DNA of 64,000 nt from Acidobacteriota bacterium. Lineage in GTDB: Bacteria; Acidobacteriota; UBA6911; RPQK01; JAJDTT01. Below, piece after piece: positions 26,764 to 36,151 of this stretch. The notes below the pieces were generated by a model that worked only from the letters and a program-made list of their open reading frames with translations, made no database searches and was not told the DNA's origin. Made by a program: the position numbers and the translations under genes. The DNA is taken from NCBI GenBank assembly GCA_965263035.1, contig OZ253580.1, positions 4,128,001 to 4,192,000 on the forward strand, in the 5' to 3' direction. Each line of letters opens with the position of its first letter. Positions within the stretch are counted from its first letter, which is position 1.

Positions 26764-29454
26764 TCAGCGGCACCCCGATTCGTCAATGACACACGCCCGG
26801 GTCGCTCGCCCGGTCTCTTCTCCGTGGAGCCATATGAATAGTGGAGCATGCGGTTCCGGGGGCGGCCAGGGTACGGGAATCCTGAGGGTCTGCTCTTGGG
26901 AACCGGTCGGTGAGGGGGTGGCGCTACTCACGACCGGACAACCTTCCCTCTCATTCCAGCCCACTCTGGCGATCTGATACAGATGTTCGCCGGTTAGGGT
27001 CCCCTCGTACAGTGGTGTGTTCCGGTTCTCCAAATTACAATCGACTCGATCGTCCAGCCGTTCGCGTTTCATGACGAATCGCTCAATCCTCGGGAGCCGG
27101 ATCACTTTGCCCAAGCTGTAGCTGTTCGACAATCCTCGGGTCCGATCTTTTAGTCTCGCGGTGAGAAAGCAGTTGGGAACCTTCAGGTCTCCCGGGTCAA
27201 TCGAGAGAAACAACGTATCGTTGCCGGTGAAGTCGAATGACGCCATCCCTTGACGCTGCCCGGCGCTAAGTGTCAACTCGGCTTGAAATGGCCTTCCGGT
27301 CGGGCTACATCCCAACTCGAGGGACGGTGGGGAACCAAGGTTCTTTACTTCGATCGTGAAGCCGGCAAGCACACCCGACGGGATCTCACCCTCTCTCAGC
27401 CCCAGCTCCGCACCAGGTGGGAGCAATCGGTCGTGATTGACTATGCTGGGACGGGGACCAGCGACTTCGACGCACCCTCCTGAGACACTACGGGGACCTG
27501 TGCGGCTCAGTAGTTGCAATTGGAATGGCAGGCAGTCTCCCTCTTTGAAGTCGGAGTTCTCATCCAATGAAACCGTCGCGGTCCTCTTGGACCCTGCTCC
27601 CATAGAGGGCCAGCTTTCCAAATCACAACTCAATGGATCTTCGTGGAGTTTCCAAGTCAACTTGTCACCGATGATTCCGCAGATCCACTCCAGACCGGTA
27701 CCCTCCAAGGTAAGTGTGTCTGCTTCTCCGCTTTCGCCGGCCATTCTCAATGGCTGGTTGGTGATCTTGGGATCGGCGGGATAAATCGTCAGGTCGGTGT
27801 CGGTAGTTGTGTCGTCGGATGAGGTCGTCCTGAGTTGGTAGAAACCGGAGGTGAGAGCATTGGTATCCAGATCGACGGCCAGTTTTGGTTGTTTGCCGGA
27901 GGCCGTATCTCTATTGGACAACCGAAAGTGGAGCCGTCCGTCTGCCGTGGAGGGCAATTGCCGGGTGGACGAGTCGCGTGGGCGCTTCCAGGAAAAGAGC
28001 GGAGCTGTACCCGTCTCCCAACCTTTATCAGGGGCCCGGAAAAGCTCCAGCTTTTCGACGAACTGGAAATCGTTGGCCTCCAACTCAACGCGGACGGGTC
28101 CCCTGCCTGCAATCAGTGGATCTTCCGGTTCAAGGTGGACTGTTACGTCCCCTGATTCCAAGGAATGGAGTCGAAACTCGCTCGACTTCAAATTCTCGTT
28201 GTCCCAATCCCAGGCAGCTTCGAGAACGTAACGTCCGTCTTTCGGAGGCTCCGGGAACTCCATGACGCTCGATTGCCGCTCCCAGTTCAGCTTCAAAGTA
28301 TCCAGCGACGGTTGTGAGACCGTAATCTGTTTGAAGGTTTGTTCCGTATCGACGTTGACGAGCTCCCAGGCACGGGCCCGGTGCAGTTGAGAGATGCTAC
28401 GTTCCAGGTGCAGCAAGGCGTCCCGGCCAATCGGCAGATGCTGGTTGGATTTAATCGTCACCGCCGGGGGTTTCTTCACATGGGTGAGCAATGCTCCAAG
28501 ATACACAGTTTCCTGAGGTTTGCCGGTAGCGGACAGGGAATACAGAGTGATGTTGTCGGGATCTTCCTTCTGGATGAGGACAGGCTCGATGTCGTAGATT
28601 TTCTTGAACGGAACTGAAACATTCGTGGCTAACGTGGTCAGGCCCTTTATCAGCGAAGCGAAGGGCACGCCGACGGATGCAGCGGATCCAGCTATGTTCC
28701 CGACCGAACGCGCCGCTCTTCGAAAACGACTACTTGGCTGCGAGTCGCGTGGGTCGTCGTACAGCAGGGCAGGGGTCACGGCGCGCGCCAAGTGATTCAT
28801 CCGGAGAATGGCCGGATCTCCTTTGTCGAGCCGGTTCGCGTCAAACCGATAACGGGAGGCAAATTCGTCCAACAAGGTAACCAGGGGTTCGTCATTCCGA
28901 GACTCTTCCCAAGCGGCCACCGCTTTTTTAATCGTATCCTCCTCCGCCTTCAGATCGGCATAATTGGCGAGTTGAGTGACGAAATTTAGATAGTCCGGGT
29001 CGTTGAGCGCACTGTTGATTTTAATAATAAAATCGTCGTTCCATTTCCTGTGACTGAAAACCACTCCCAAAATCTTCACGTCACCGTTGTCGGGAATCTT
29101 CCACTCCGGATGAGCGGGGGCCCCGTTATTGTCGTAGACGCCGTTACGGCCCAGTTCCACAATCTTGGGAGATACCTCGTAGAACGCGACCCAGGCGTTC
29201 TTTCTGTCTTCCTTTTTCTGGTCGATATAATTCTCCAACTTGGCGAGGACGATATTCTGGCCTCCCATCAACTGATTCACTTTGGTGAGGGGCAGCTTCA
29301 TCACGTCGTCCGGACCTTGTCGATTTGCTTTTTCTACCAGCAGCCGGAATCTTCCGAGCAGGTTGCTTGCCGGCAGTTCCTCTGCTACTGCCTGCTGACA
29401 CACGACCCAGGCCAGAGCCAGTCCTACCGCCAGAGTCTTCCGGGTTCCTGTCAT
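26764..29454 (-). CDS. large exported hypothetical protein with a beta-rich (Ig-like?) C-terminal half
   Basis: Long ORF, signal peptide ending in AVA, GGAGG before ATG 29454; lower GC than its neighbours; no recognised family. Confidence 0.65.
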   Translation of the reverse strand: MTGTRKTLAVGLALAWVVCQQAVAEELPASNLLGRFRLLVEKANRQGPDDVMKLPLTKVNQLMGGQNIVLAKLENYIDQKKEDRKNAWVAFYEVSPKIVELGRNGVYDNNGAPAHPEWKIPDNGDVKILGVVFSHRKWNDDFIIKINSALNDPDYLNFVTQLANYADLKAEEDTIKKAVAAWEESRNDEPLVTLLDEFASRYRFDANRLDKGDPAILRMNHLARAVTPALLYDDPRDSQPSSRFRRAARSVGNIAGSAASVGVPFASLIKGLTTLATNVSVPFKKIYDIEPVLIQKEDPDNITLYSLSATGKPQETVYLGALLTHVKKPPAVTIKSNQHLPIGRDALLHLERSISQLHRARAWELVNVDTEQTFKQITVSQPSLDTLKLNWERQSSVMEFPEPPKDGRYVLEAAWDWDNENLKSSEFRLHSLESGDVTVHLEPEDPLIAGRGPVRVELEANDFQFVEKLELFRAPDKGWETGTAPLFSWKRPRDSSTRQLPSTADGRLHFRLSNRDTASGKQPKLAVDLDTNALTSGFYQLRTTSSDDTTTDTDLTIYPADPKITNQPLRMAGESGEADTLTLEGTGLEWICGIIGDKLTWKLHEDPLSCDLESWPSMGAGSKRTATVSLDENSDFKEGDCLPFQLQLLSRTGPRSVSGGCVEVAGPRPSIVNHDRLLPPGAELGLREGEIPSGVLAGFTIEVKNLGSPPSLELGCSPTGRPFQAELTLSAGQRQGMASFDFTGNDTLFLSIDPGDLKVPNCFLTARLKDRTRGLSNSYSLGKVIRLPRIERFVMKRERLDDRVDCNLENRNTPLYEGTLTGEHLYQIARVGWNEREGCPVVSSATPSPTGSQEQTLRIPVPWPPPEPHAPLFIWLHGEETGRATRACVIDESGCR

Positions 29455-29853
29455 GTCAACCTCCAGCAATATTCTATTCATGAGTCATCCGGGCTGATCC
29501 TCACGAGTGCCGACCGAACCCCGTCGCTCAACTCCAACTCCCCGTGCCGTCCAGCGCCTCCAACACTTCGGGATGCGGTGCCGAAAATTTTGACTAAAAA
29601 AAGTGACGTCGATATGGGACGGGGACAACGAGTGCGGCGACGCTGACAGTCGCTGACGGTCTGGGCTTGAATTTTTCTTCAGGGCGCGGGTCAGAGCGTC
29701 CTCGCGTAGTCCTTCGCCCCCGTTGAGAGGCAGTTTACCCCATCCTAGCGGTCCTGTTTGCTGCGGAGAACTGCTATTTTCAATGGAACGACAGAGGCTG
29801 CGGGCAACGGGTGATCCCATCCTCCCGCGGCAAGTACCCGACGAATTTCAGAC

Positions 29854-31440
29854 ATGAATACGACGGATCTGGCCATCATCCTGGTATCGCTCGCGGTGGT
29901 GGTCACGGTCGGTCTGTGGGCGTCCCGCCACCAGGGCAGGAGCGCTCGGGACTACTTTCTTGCCTCCCGGCAATTGCCCTGGTGGATCATCGGGGCCGCC
30001 TTCGTTTCCACCAGCGTCTCCAGCGAGCAGATCGTGGGTACCGTGGGTATTGCCTACGAGACGGGCATGGGCGTGGCCAACTGGGAGTGGTTCATCCTGC
30101 CGCAGTACACGCTGCTCATGCTCTTCTTCATCCCGTTGTATCTCAAGAATCGCATCACGACGGTGCCGGAGCTACTGGCGCGAAGGTACGGTCCCCTCTG
30201 CGGAAACATCTACAGCTGGGCGACTCTGGTGGCGTATGTCTTCATCTTCCTGGTGCCGGTTCTGTACGGCGGAAGCCTGGTCCTGTCCCAATTGACCGGG
30301 TTGGACTTCTCTCTCGTGCTCTGGGCGATCGTTGCCCTGGTGGCCCTGTACACGGCCAAAGGCGGCCTCAAGGCCGTGGTGTGGACCGATGCGGTCCAGT
30401 GCCTGATGCTGGTGGGCGGCGGTCTGGTGCTCTTCTTCGTTGCCCTTTCCCAGATCGAGGGCGGCTGGAGCGCCATGGTGGAGGCCAATCCCGACCGCTT
30501 CCATCTCTACCGTCCGGCGGGCGACGAGACCGCACCCTTCCTGGGGATGATCGCGGCTTCCTTCGGTGTCTTCCTCTGGTACCAGGGATGCAATCAGGTC
30601 ATGATCCAGCGGGTGCTGGGCGCCAGATCCACCTGGGACGGCCTGATGGGCATCGTCTTCGCGGGATTCATCAATCTCCTCCGCCCGCTGGTCACCTGTT
30701 TCCTCGGATTTGTCGTCTACCACTGGATCCACGTCATGCATCGGGCCGAGCCGCTGGAAAACAGCGATCTGGCCTTCTCCTTCGCCCTCGACACCCTGAG
30801 CCCCGAATGGGGACTGCGGGGCATCGTGGTGACCGGATTCCTGGCGGCCATCATGTCGACGACCAGCGCTCTGGCGAACTCCACGGCGACCATCTTCTCC
30901 CTGGACGTCTACCAGAAGCTGATCCATCCCGGCGCGAGCGACGCGAAGCTGGTCCGTGTCGGGCGGGCGGTCTCCGTCACCGCGCTGGCCGCGGCGGCGT
31001 TGCTGGCGCCGGCCGTCGAGTCGGCGGGAGGAATCTTCCGGTACTTTCAGACCGGTGTGACCTATCTGTCGGTGCCTTTCATCACGGTCATCCTGTTCGG
31101 CTTCTTCTGGAAGCGGGCCAACTACGCGGCCGGCGTCTTCGGTCTCACCGCGGGACTGGCGATTCCGGTGCTGGTGGCCGTGAGCCTGCCCCGGTTCGGC
31201 ATCGACCTGCATTGGCTCTACAACGGCTTCATCGCCCAGATTCTGATCTCCATCGGGTTCGTGATCGTTGCCCTGAGCACGCCGCCTCCCGACCCGCTTG
31301 AAGTGAAGACATTCCTCTGGTCGCCGCGGCTGCTGACGCAATACGATGAAGGAGAACGGCGGCCGATCTACCTGCGTGTCTCGTTCTGGTGGGGGATCTA
31401 CGCGATCGTCTGGTTCTATCTGTATTGGAAATTCTGGTAG
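29854..31440 (+). CDS. sodium:solute symporter (SSS family, sugar-type)
   Basis: DYFLASRQLPWW, GGLKAVVWTDAVQ, NQVMIQRVLGA, AAIMST; many TM helices. Confidence 0.92.
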   Translation: MNTTDLAIILVSLAVVVTVGLWASRHQGRSARDYFLASRQLPWWIIGAAFVSTSVSSEQIVGTVGIAYETGMGVANWEWFILPQYTLLMLFFIPLYLKNRITTVPELLARRYGPLCGNIYSWATLVAYVFIFLVPVLYGGSLVLSQLTGLDFSLVLWAIVALVALYTAKGGLKAVVWTDAVQCLMLVGGGLVLFFVALSQIEGGWSAMVEANPDRFHLYRPAGDETAPFLGMIAASFGVFLWYQGCNQVMIQRVLGARSTWDGLMGIVFAGFINLLRPLVTCFLGFVVYHWIHVMHRAEPLENSDLAFSFALDTLSPEWGLRGIVVTGFLAAIMSTTSALANSTATIFSLDVYQKLIHPGASDAKLVRVGRAVSVTALAAAALLAPAVESAGGIFRYFQTGVTYLSVPFITVILFGFFWKRANYAAGVFGLTAGLAIPVLVAVSLPRFGIDLHWLYNGFIAQILISIGFVIVALSTPPPDPLEVKTFLWSPRLLTQYDEGERRPIYLRVSFWWGIYAIVWFYLYWKFW

Positions 31441-31490
31441 CGTGCCGCCCCATCTTTCGCCGCGCTCACAGGACTGAGAAAGAAAAAACC

Positions 31491-33464
31491 GTGTCCGGAG
31501 CAAGCTTGCTGATCGACCTGACGCTGCTCGTCGGCATTGCGATTCCCATCGTGGCGCTGGCGCACCGGTTGTCGGCTCCCTCCCTGGTGGGTTTCCTGGT
31601 GGCGGGAATCCTGGTGGGTCCCAATGGACTCGGGCTGATCGGCGCCACGGACGAGGTGGAAGTCCTGGCCGAACTCGGCGTCGCCCTGCTGCTCTTCGCG
31701 GTGGGACTTGAGTTGTCCCTGTCCCACGTCCGCCAATGGGCGAGCTCGGTATTCATCGGCGGAGGATTGCAGGTGGGCTGCACACTGCTCGCCGTGGCGG
31801 CGGCAGCGATCGCCTTCGGCATTGCGCCGGGCCAGGCGATCTTCTACGGCGCCGTGGCCGCGCTGTCTTCGACTGCCATCGTCACCAAGACCTATTCGGA
31901 CAGGGCCGAACTGGACACGGCGCACGGGCGCTCCGTCATCTCCATCCTGCTCTTCCAGGATTTGTGCGTATTGCCGGCCATTCTGGTGCTGCCGGTGCTC
32001 GCCGGACTGGGAACCGCCGATGTGAGCGCCATGGGCATCGAGTTCCTGCGCGGACTCGCGATCATCACTGCGCTCATGATCGGCGGCCGGTTCATTGTCC
32101 GGCGGACGCTGGATCGGATCGTGCTGTTCCGCGACCGCGAATTGTTTACGCTGTGCGTCGCTTTCTTCTGCATCGGTACCGCCGTGGTGACCGAAGCGGT
32201 GGGTTTTTCCATCGCCATCGGCGCCTTCATCGCCGGCCTGATCATCTCGGAATCGGAATACGGGTTGCAGGCGTTGTCGGACGTCCTGCCCTTTCGGGCC
32301 GTGTTCAGCGGGGTATTCTTCATCTCCATCGGCATGCTGCTCGACATTTCCGCCGTGATGACGCAGCTGGGCGTACTCGTTCCCCTGCTGGCGGTCCTGT
32401 TTGTGCTCAAGGTCACGCTGGCGACGGTGTCGGTCCTCGCGGTAGGCGGACGGCTGTCGACGGCGCTGATCAGTGGCCTCACCCTGGCACAGCTTGGCGA
32501 ATTCTCCATACTGCTCGCCGCGGAGGGGTTGCGCCTGGAGCTCTTTCGCGAGGGCGACTACCAGTTGTTCCTCAGTGCGGCGGTCCTGTCGATGATGGCC
32601 ACGCCGTTTCTGATTCGCGCCGCACGGCCCATCGCCGAACGCATTGCGCCGTCCGGCAAGAGGTTGCGGCGACTCGCCGGCGCCGATGCCGCCTCGGCCG
32701 GAGCGATGTCCGACCACACTGTCATTGTCGGCTACGGCCTCGCCGGTCGATATTTGGCACGGGTGCTCAATGCGGCGGGTATCACCTGCATCGCCGTCGA
32801 ACACGACGCGAATCTCGTCCGGCGCGCACGCGGGGACGGGGTCCCGGTGGAGTTCGGGGACGGTTCCCAACCTGCCGTCCTGGAGCACGTCGGCGCACAT
32901 CGCGCTCGGGTCATTGTCTTCGCCATATCCTCACCGACCGAGGAGAGGCGCGGCGTCGCGGCCGCCCGCGACCTGAATTCGGAGGCCCGGATCGTCGTGC
33001 GTACGAGATACACTCATTCCATCGACGAGTTGATGTCGCTCGGGGCCACGGACGTGGTGGTCGAGGAGTTTGAAGCCTCCATCGAACTGTTTGCCAAGGC
33101 CCTTGAAAGTTACCGGATTCCCATCAACCGGATCTGGCAGGAAGCCGAGACGGTGCGTACGGAACACTACGGGTTGTTACGCGGCACCGCGCAGCCGGAT
33201 CTACGACTCGATTCACTGAAGCACCTCGGCATTCACGATGCGCTGGAGCTGATGGAAATCAAGGATGGAGCGAGGGTCATCGGAATGAACGCCACGTCGT
33301 TAAATTTGAGGCGGCGTACGGGCGTCGTGCAGATCGCTGTGGTGAGGGAGGGTCAGCCCATCTACCAACGCGACTCGGAGTTCCATTATCAGGCCGGCGA
33401 CACGGTCGTGCTGGTGGGCGACCGGGAGAGCCTGGACCGGGCCATTGAGCTGTTCCAGGAATAG
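31491..33464 (+). CDS. CPA2 cation:proton antiporter with TrkA-N and TrkA-C domains (KefB/KefC-like)
   Basis: AELGVALLLFAVGLE, LSSTAIV, LLFQD, IVGYGLAG, C-terminal RCK-C domain. Confidence 0.9.
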   Translation: MSGASLLIDLTLLVGIAIPIVALAHRLSAPSLVGFLVAGILVGPNGLGLIGATDEVEVLAELGVALLLFAVGLELSLSHVRQWASSVFIGGGLQVGCTLLAVAAAAIAFGIAPGQAIFYGAVAALSSTAIVTKTYSDRAELDTAHGRSVISILLFQDLCVLPAILVLPVLAGLGTADVSAMGIEFLRGLAIITALMIGGRFIVRRTLDRIVLFRDRELFTLCVAFFCIGTAVVTEAVGFSIAIGAFIAGLIISESEYGLQALSDVLPFRAVFSGVFFISIGMLLDISAVMTQLGVLVPLLAVLFVLKVTLATVSVLAVGGRLSTALISGLTLAQLGEFSILLAAEGLRLELFREGDYQLFLSAAVLSMMATPFLIRAARPIAERIAPSGKRLRRLAGADAASAGAMSDHTVIVGYGLAGRYLARVLNAAGITCIAVEHDANLVRRARGDGVPVEFGDGSQPAVLEHVGAHRARVIVFAISSPTEERRGVAAARDLNSEARIVVRTRYTHSIDELMSLGATDVVVEEFEASIELFAKALESYRIPINRIWQEAETVRTEHYGLLRGTAQPDLRLDSLKHLGIHDALELMEIKDGARVIGMNATSLNLRRRTGVVQIAVVREGQPIYQRDSEFHYQAGDTVVLVGDRESLDRAIELFQE

Positions 33465-33511
33465 GCGGATTCGACCCGGCACCGTCTTGACAACGTGCGG
33501 AGGATAAGCCC

Positions 33512-34636
33512 ATGAAAATTACCCATGTCATCTGTCAGGTTCTGCGGATCGAAAACGTCGAGGCCAAGGCGGCCGGAACTCAGGACACGGTGATCATCCG
33601 TATCCGTACCGATGAGGGTCTGGAAGGGATCGGTGAAGCTGACGCGAGCCCCGAGGTGGTCAAGTCGATCATCGACGCTCCGTTCAGCCACAGCATCGCC
33701 TGCGGCTTGAGGGAGCTCTTGATCGGGGAAGACCCGCTCGACACGGACCGGATCTGGTCCAAGATGTATCGGCGCACCATGTACTACGGTCGCCGCGGGG
33801 TCGTCATCACTGCCATGGCGGGTGTCGACCTGGCTCTGTGGGACCTCAAGGGAAAACTCTTCAACCAGCCGATCTGGCGCCTGCTGGGCGGGCGTCATCA
33901 CGATCGTATCCCGGCGTATGCGTCGATCCTGTTCGGCAGGGACGGATCCGAAACCCGCGAGATCGCCCAGCGCTGGCGCGAAGCGGGCTACGGGGCGATC
34001 AAGTTCGGCTGGGAACCGATGGGAGAGAGCGAGGCCCTGGACCTCGAGTTGGTCCGAGGCGGGCGCCAGGGCATCGGCGACGAGAACACTCTCCTGATCG
34101 ACGCCGGCTGCGTCTGGGATGCGCCGACGGCGCTGCGGCGGGCGGAGGCGTTCAATGAATTTGGGATCGGCTGGCTGGAAGAGCCGTTGGAACAGGACGA
34201 TATCGATGGATACGTCTGGCTTCGCGACCGTTCGCCGGTTCCGATCGCGGCGGGAGAGGGGGAGTGCGGCCGGGCCGCCTTCCGGCCCTGGATCGACCGG
34301 CACGCGTTGGACGTCTACCAGGTCGACCTGGCGCGCAACGGATTCACCGAAGCCGCTTACATTCGGCAGCGGGTGGAAGAGGTCGGCGCCCGCCTCTGCA
34401 ACCACTGCTACAAGACGCCCATCAGCGTAGCGGCCTGCCTGCACTGGATCAGCACCTGCAAGAACGCCTTTATCTTCGAGGATTGCGTCGAGGATTCGCC
34501 CCTGCGGCACGAACTGACGCAAGAAAAGTTGCAGGCGGTCGATGGCCGTATCGCCGTGCCGAATGGCCCCGGCCTGGGGATTACGCTCAATGAGCCTTTT
34601 GTTGAACGGTTTCTGGTATCGGAGTCGGGACGCTGA
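33512..34636 (+). CDS. mandelate racemase/muconate lactonizing family enzyme (acid-sugar dehydratase-like)
   Basis: TDEGLEGIGE, GVDLALWDLKGK, IDAG, WLEEP, AGE, PNGPGLG. Confidence 0.88.
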   Translation: MKITHVICQVLRIENVEAKAAGTQDTVIIRIRTDEGLEGIGEADASPEVVKSIIDAPFSHSIACGLRELLIGEDPLDTDRIWSKMYRRTMYYGRRGVVITAMAGVDLALWDLKGKLFNQPIWRLLGGRHHDRIPAYASILFGRDGSETREIAQRWREAGYGAIKFGWEPMGESEALDLELVRGGRQGIGDENTLLIDAGCVWDAPTALRRAEAFNEFGIGWLEEPLEQDDIDGYVWLRDRSPVPIAAGEGECGRAAFRPWIDRHALDVYQVDLARNGFTEAAYIRQRVEEVGARLCNHCYKTPISVAACLHWISTCKNAFIFEDCVEDSPLRHELTQEKLQAVDGRIAVPNGPGLGITLNEPFVERFLVSESGR

Positions 34637-34670
34637 ACTTCGGGACGTCAACCGGTTGCCGACGACCTCG

Positions 34671-35912
34671 TCAGTCGGCGGCTCGCGCCTTCTCGCGCAG
34701 GAACCAGATGATGGCCAGCACGGAGAGACTCAGGCTGAACACCGGACCCAGCCAGATGCTTAACTCCACGCCGTAACGATCGCCCATGGTGCCGATCAGA
34801 TACGGACTCACGGCAGCTCCCACGGCATTGAAACCGTTGAACAGCGCGTAGGCCATCGCCAGGTGGGAGGAGAATCGCAGGCCGATGTAGGAACTGAGCG
34901 AGGGACCGTTACCGGATACGAACATGCCGGACACGGTGAACATCGCCACGCCCCAAAGGTAGGTGGGGGCACTGATGGTCGCCGCGAAGGCCAGGGTCGC
35001 CCCGCCGGCGCATACGGTGAGCACCACCAGTTCCGGGATCCGCCAACGCGCGGTGATCCAGCTCAGAATGAATCGTCCTCCGAACAGTCCGGCCGAGTTC
35101 AGACTGATGAAATAGGCGGCCTGCGCGGCATCGATCTCGAACCTGGACTGATAGAGCTGACCGATGAAGGAGATCATCCCGCCCTGCGACAAGCCGTGGA
35201 ACAGCCCGAGAAAGCCCGCCGTGTAGAAGGCAGGAGTCGTCAGCACGGCCCTCATCACCGAGCGCGCGGGAAGCCGGGAGTCTGAACCGGGGCCCCCGCG
35301 GCGCACCGACTCGGAGCGTAGACGCCAAGCCCAAAGGACCAGCGCCAGGACGACGGCGGCGGCGGCGTAGTATCCGACTCTCCAACTGCCTCCGCTCCGA
35401 TCGGCATACGCGAACCACCCTCCGAGAGCGGCGGCTCCCACCACGGCGCCGCTTCCATCCGCCAAGCCGGCGAGGAAGAACACGCTCTGGCGCTTGTCTC
35501 CGAAATGAGCGCTGATGATCGAGCTGAACACGACGTTCAGGGCCGACATGGCCAAGCCGAAACAGAAGGCACCCACCAGAACCATGGGGAATCCGGCGGC
35601 GCTGCCGATCACGCTCATGGCCGCCGCCACGGCCAACAGCGCGCCCACCAGAGCGCGCCGGAGCCCCATGCTGCCGATGATCCATCCGCCGATAACGCTG
35701 AAGACGATGCCGCTGATGAAGAAGAGGGATTGGCTCTGACCCATCTGTTCCAGATTGGCCGAGAAGAACTCCCTGAAAACCGGGAAAGTGATGGGAAGAA
35801 AGTTGTAGACGCCGGCGTTAATGAAGACCAGCACCAGCACGAACCACAACGTGGGATCACCCCACATCGATCCGAATCGGGTGGAGGGCGACGATTGTTC
35901 ACTCGACGTCAT
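34671..35912 (-). CDS. MFS transporter
   Basis: About 12 hydrophobic segments; GWIIGSMGLRR motif-A-like loop. Confidence 0.85.
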   Translation of the reverse strand: MTSSEQSSPSTRFGSMWGDPTLWFVLVLVFINAGVYNFLPITFPVFREFFSANLEQMGQSQSLFFISGIVFSVIGGWIIGSMGLRRALVGALLAVAAAMSVIGSAAGFPMVLVGAFCFGLAMSALNVVFSSIISAHFGDKRQSVFFLAGLADGSGAVVGAAALGGWFAYADRSGGSWRVGYYAAAAVVLALVLWAWRLRSESVRRGGPGSDSRLPARSVMRAVLTTPAFYTAGFLGLFHGLSQGGMISFIGQLYQSRFEIDAAQAAYFISLNSAGLFGGRFILSWITARWRIPELVVLTVCAGGATLAFAATISAPTYLWGVAMFTVSGMFVSGNGPSLSSYIGLRFSSHLAMAYALFNGFNAVGAAVSPYLIGTMGDRYGVELSIWLGPVFSLSLSVLAIIWFLREKARAAD

Positions 35913-36151
35913 GGCATAACCTCACGCGGGGCGGATTGGGGAGTCGGTCGACCTGGCGGATCGGCGCACTGAGGCCTCTGTCCCCCTTGCCATGGGTGGG
36001 GATCCTTGTGATCCATGCCCCACCGCCGCCGAAAATAAACTGAACTTCGCTGATTCCGTGTTCCGTTCATGATCCGGTCCCCGGGAGTCGATGTCAACTT
36101 CTGAGAAACAGGAATTATTTCAACTTCAAGTCAGATTCGTTCCCGCTAGGA

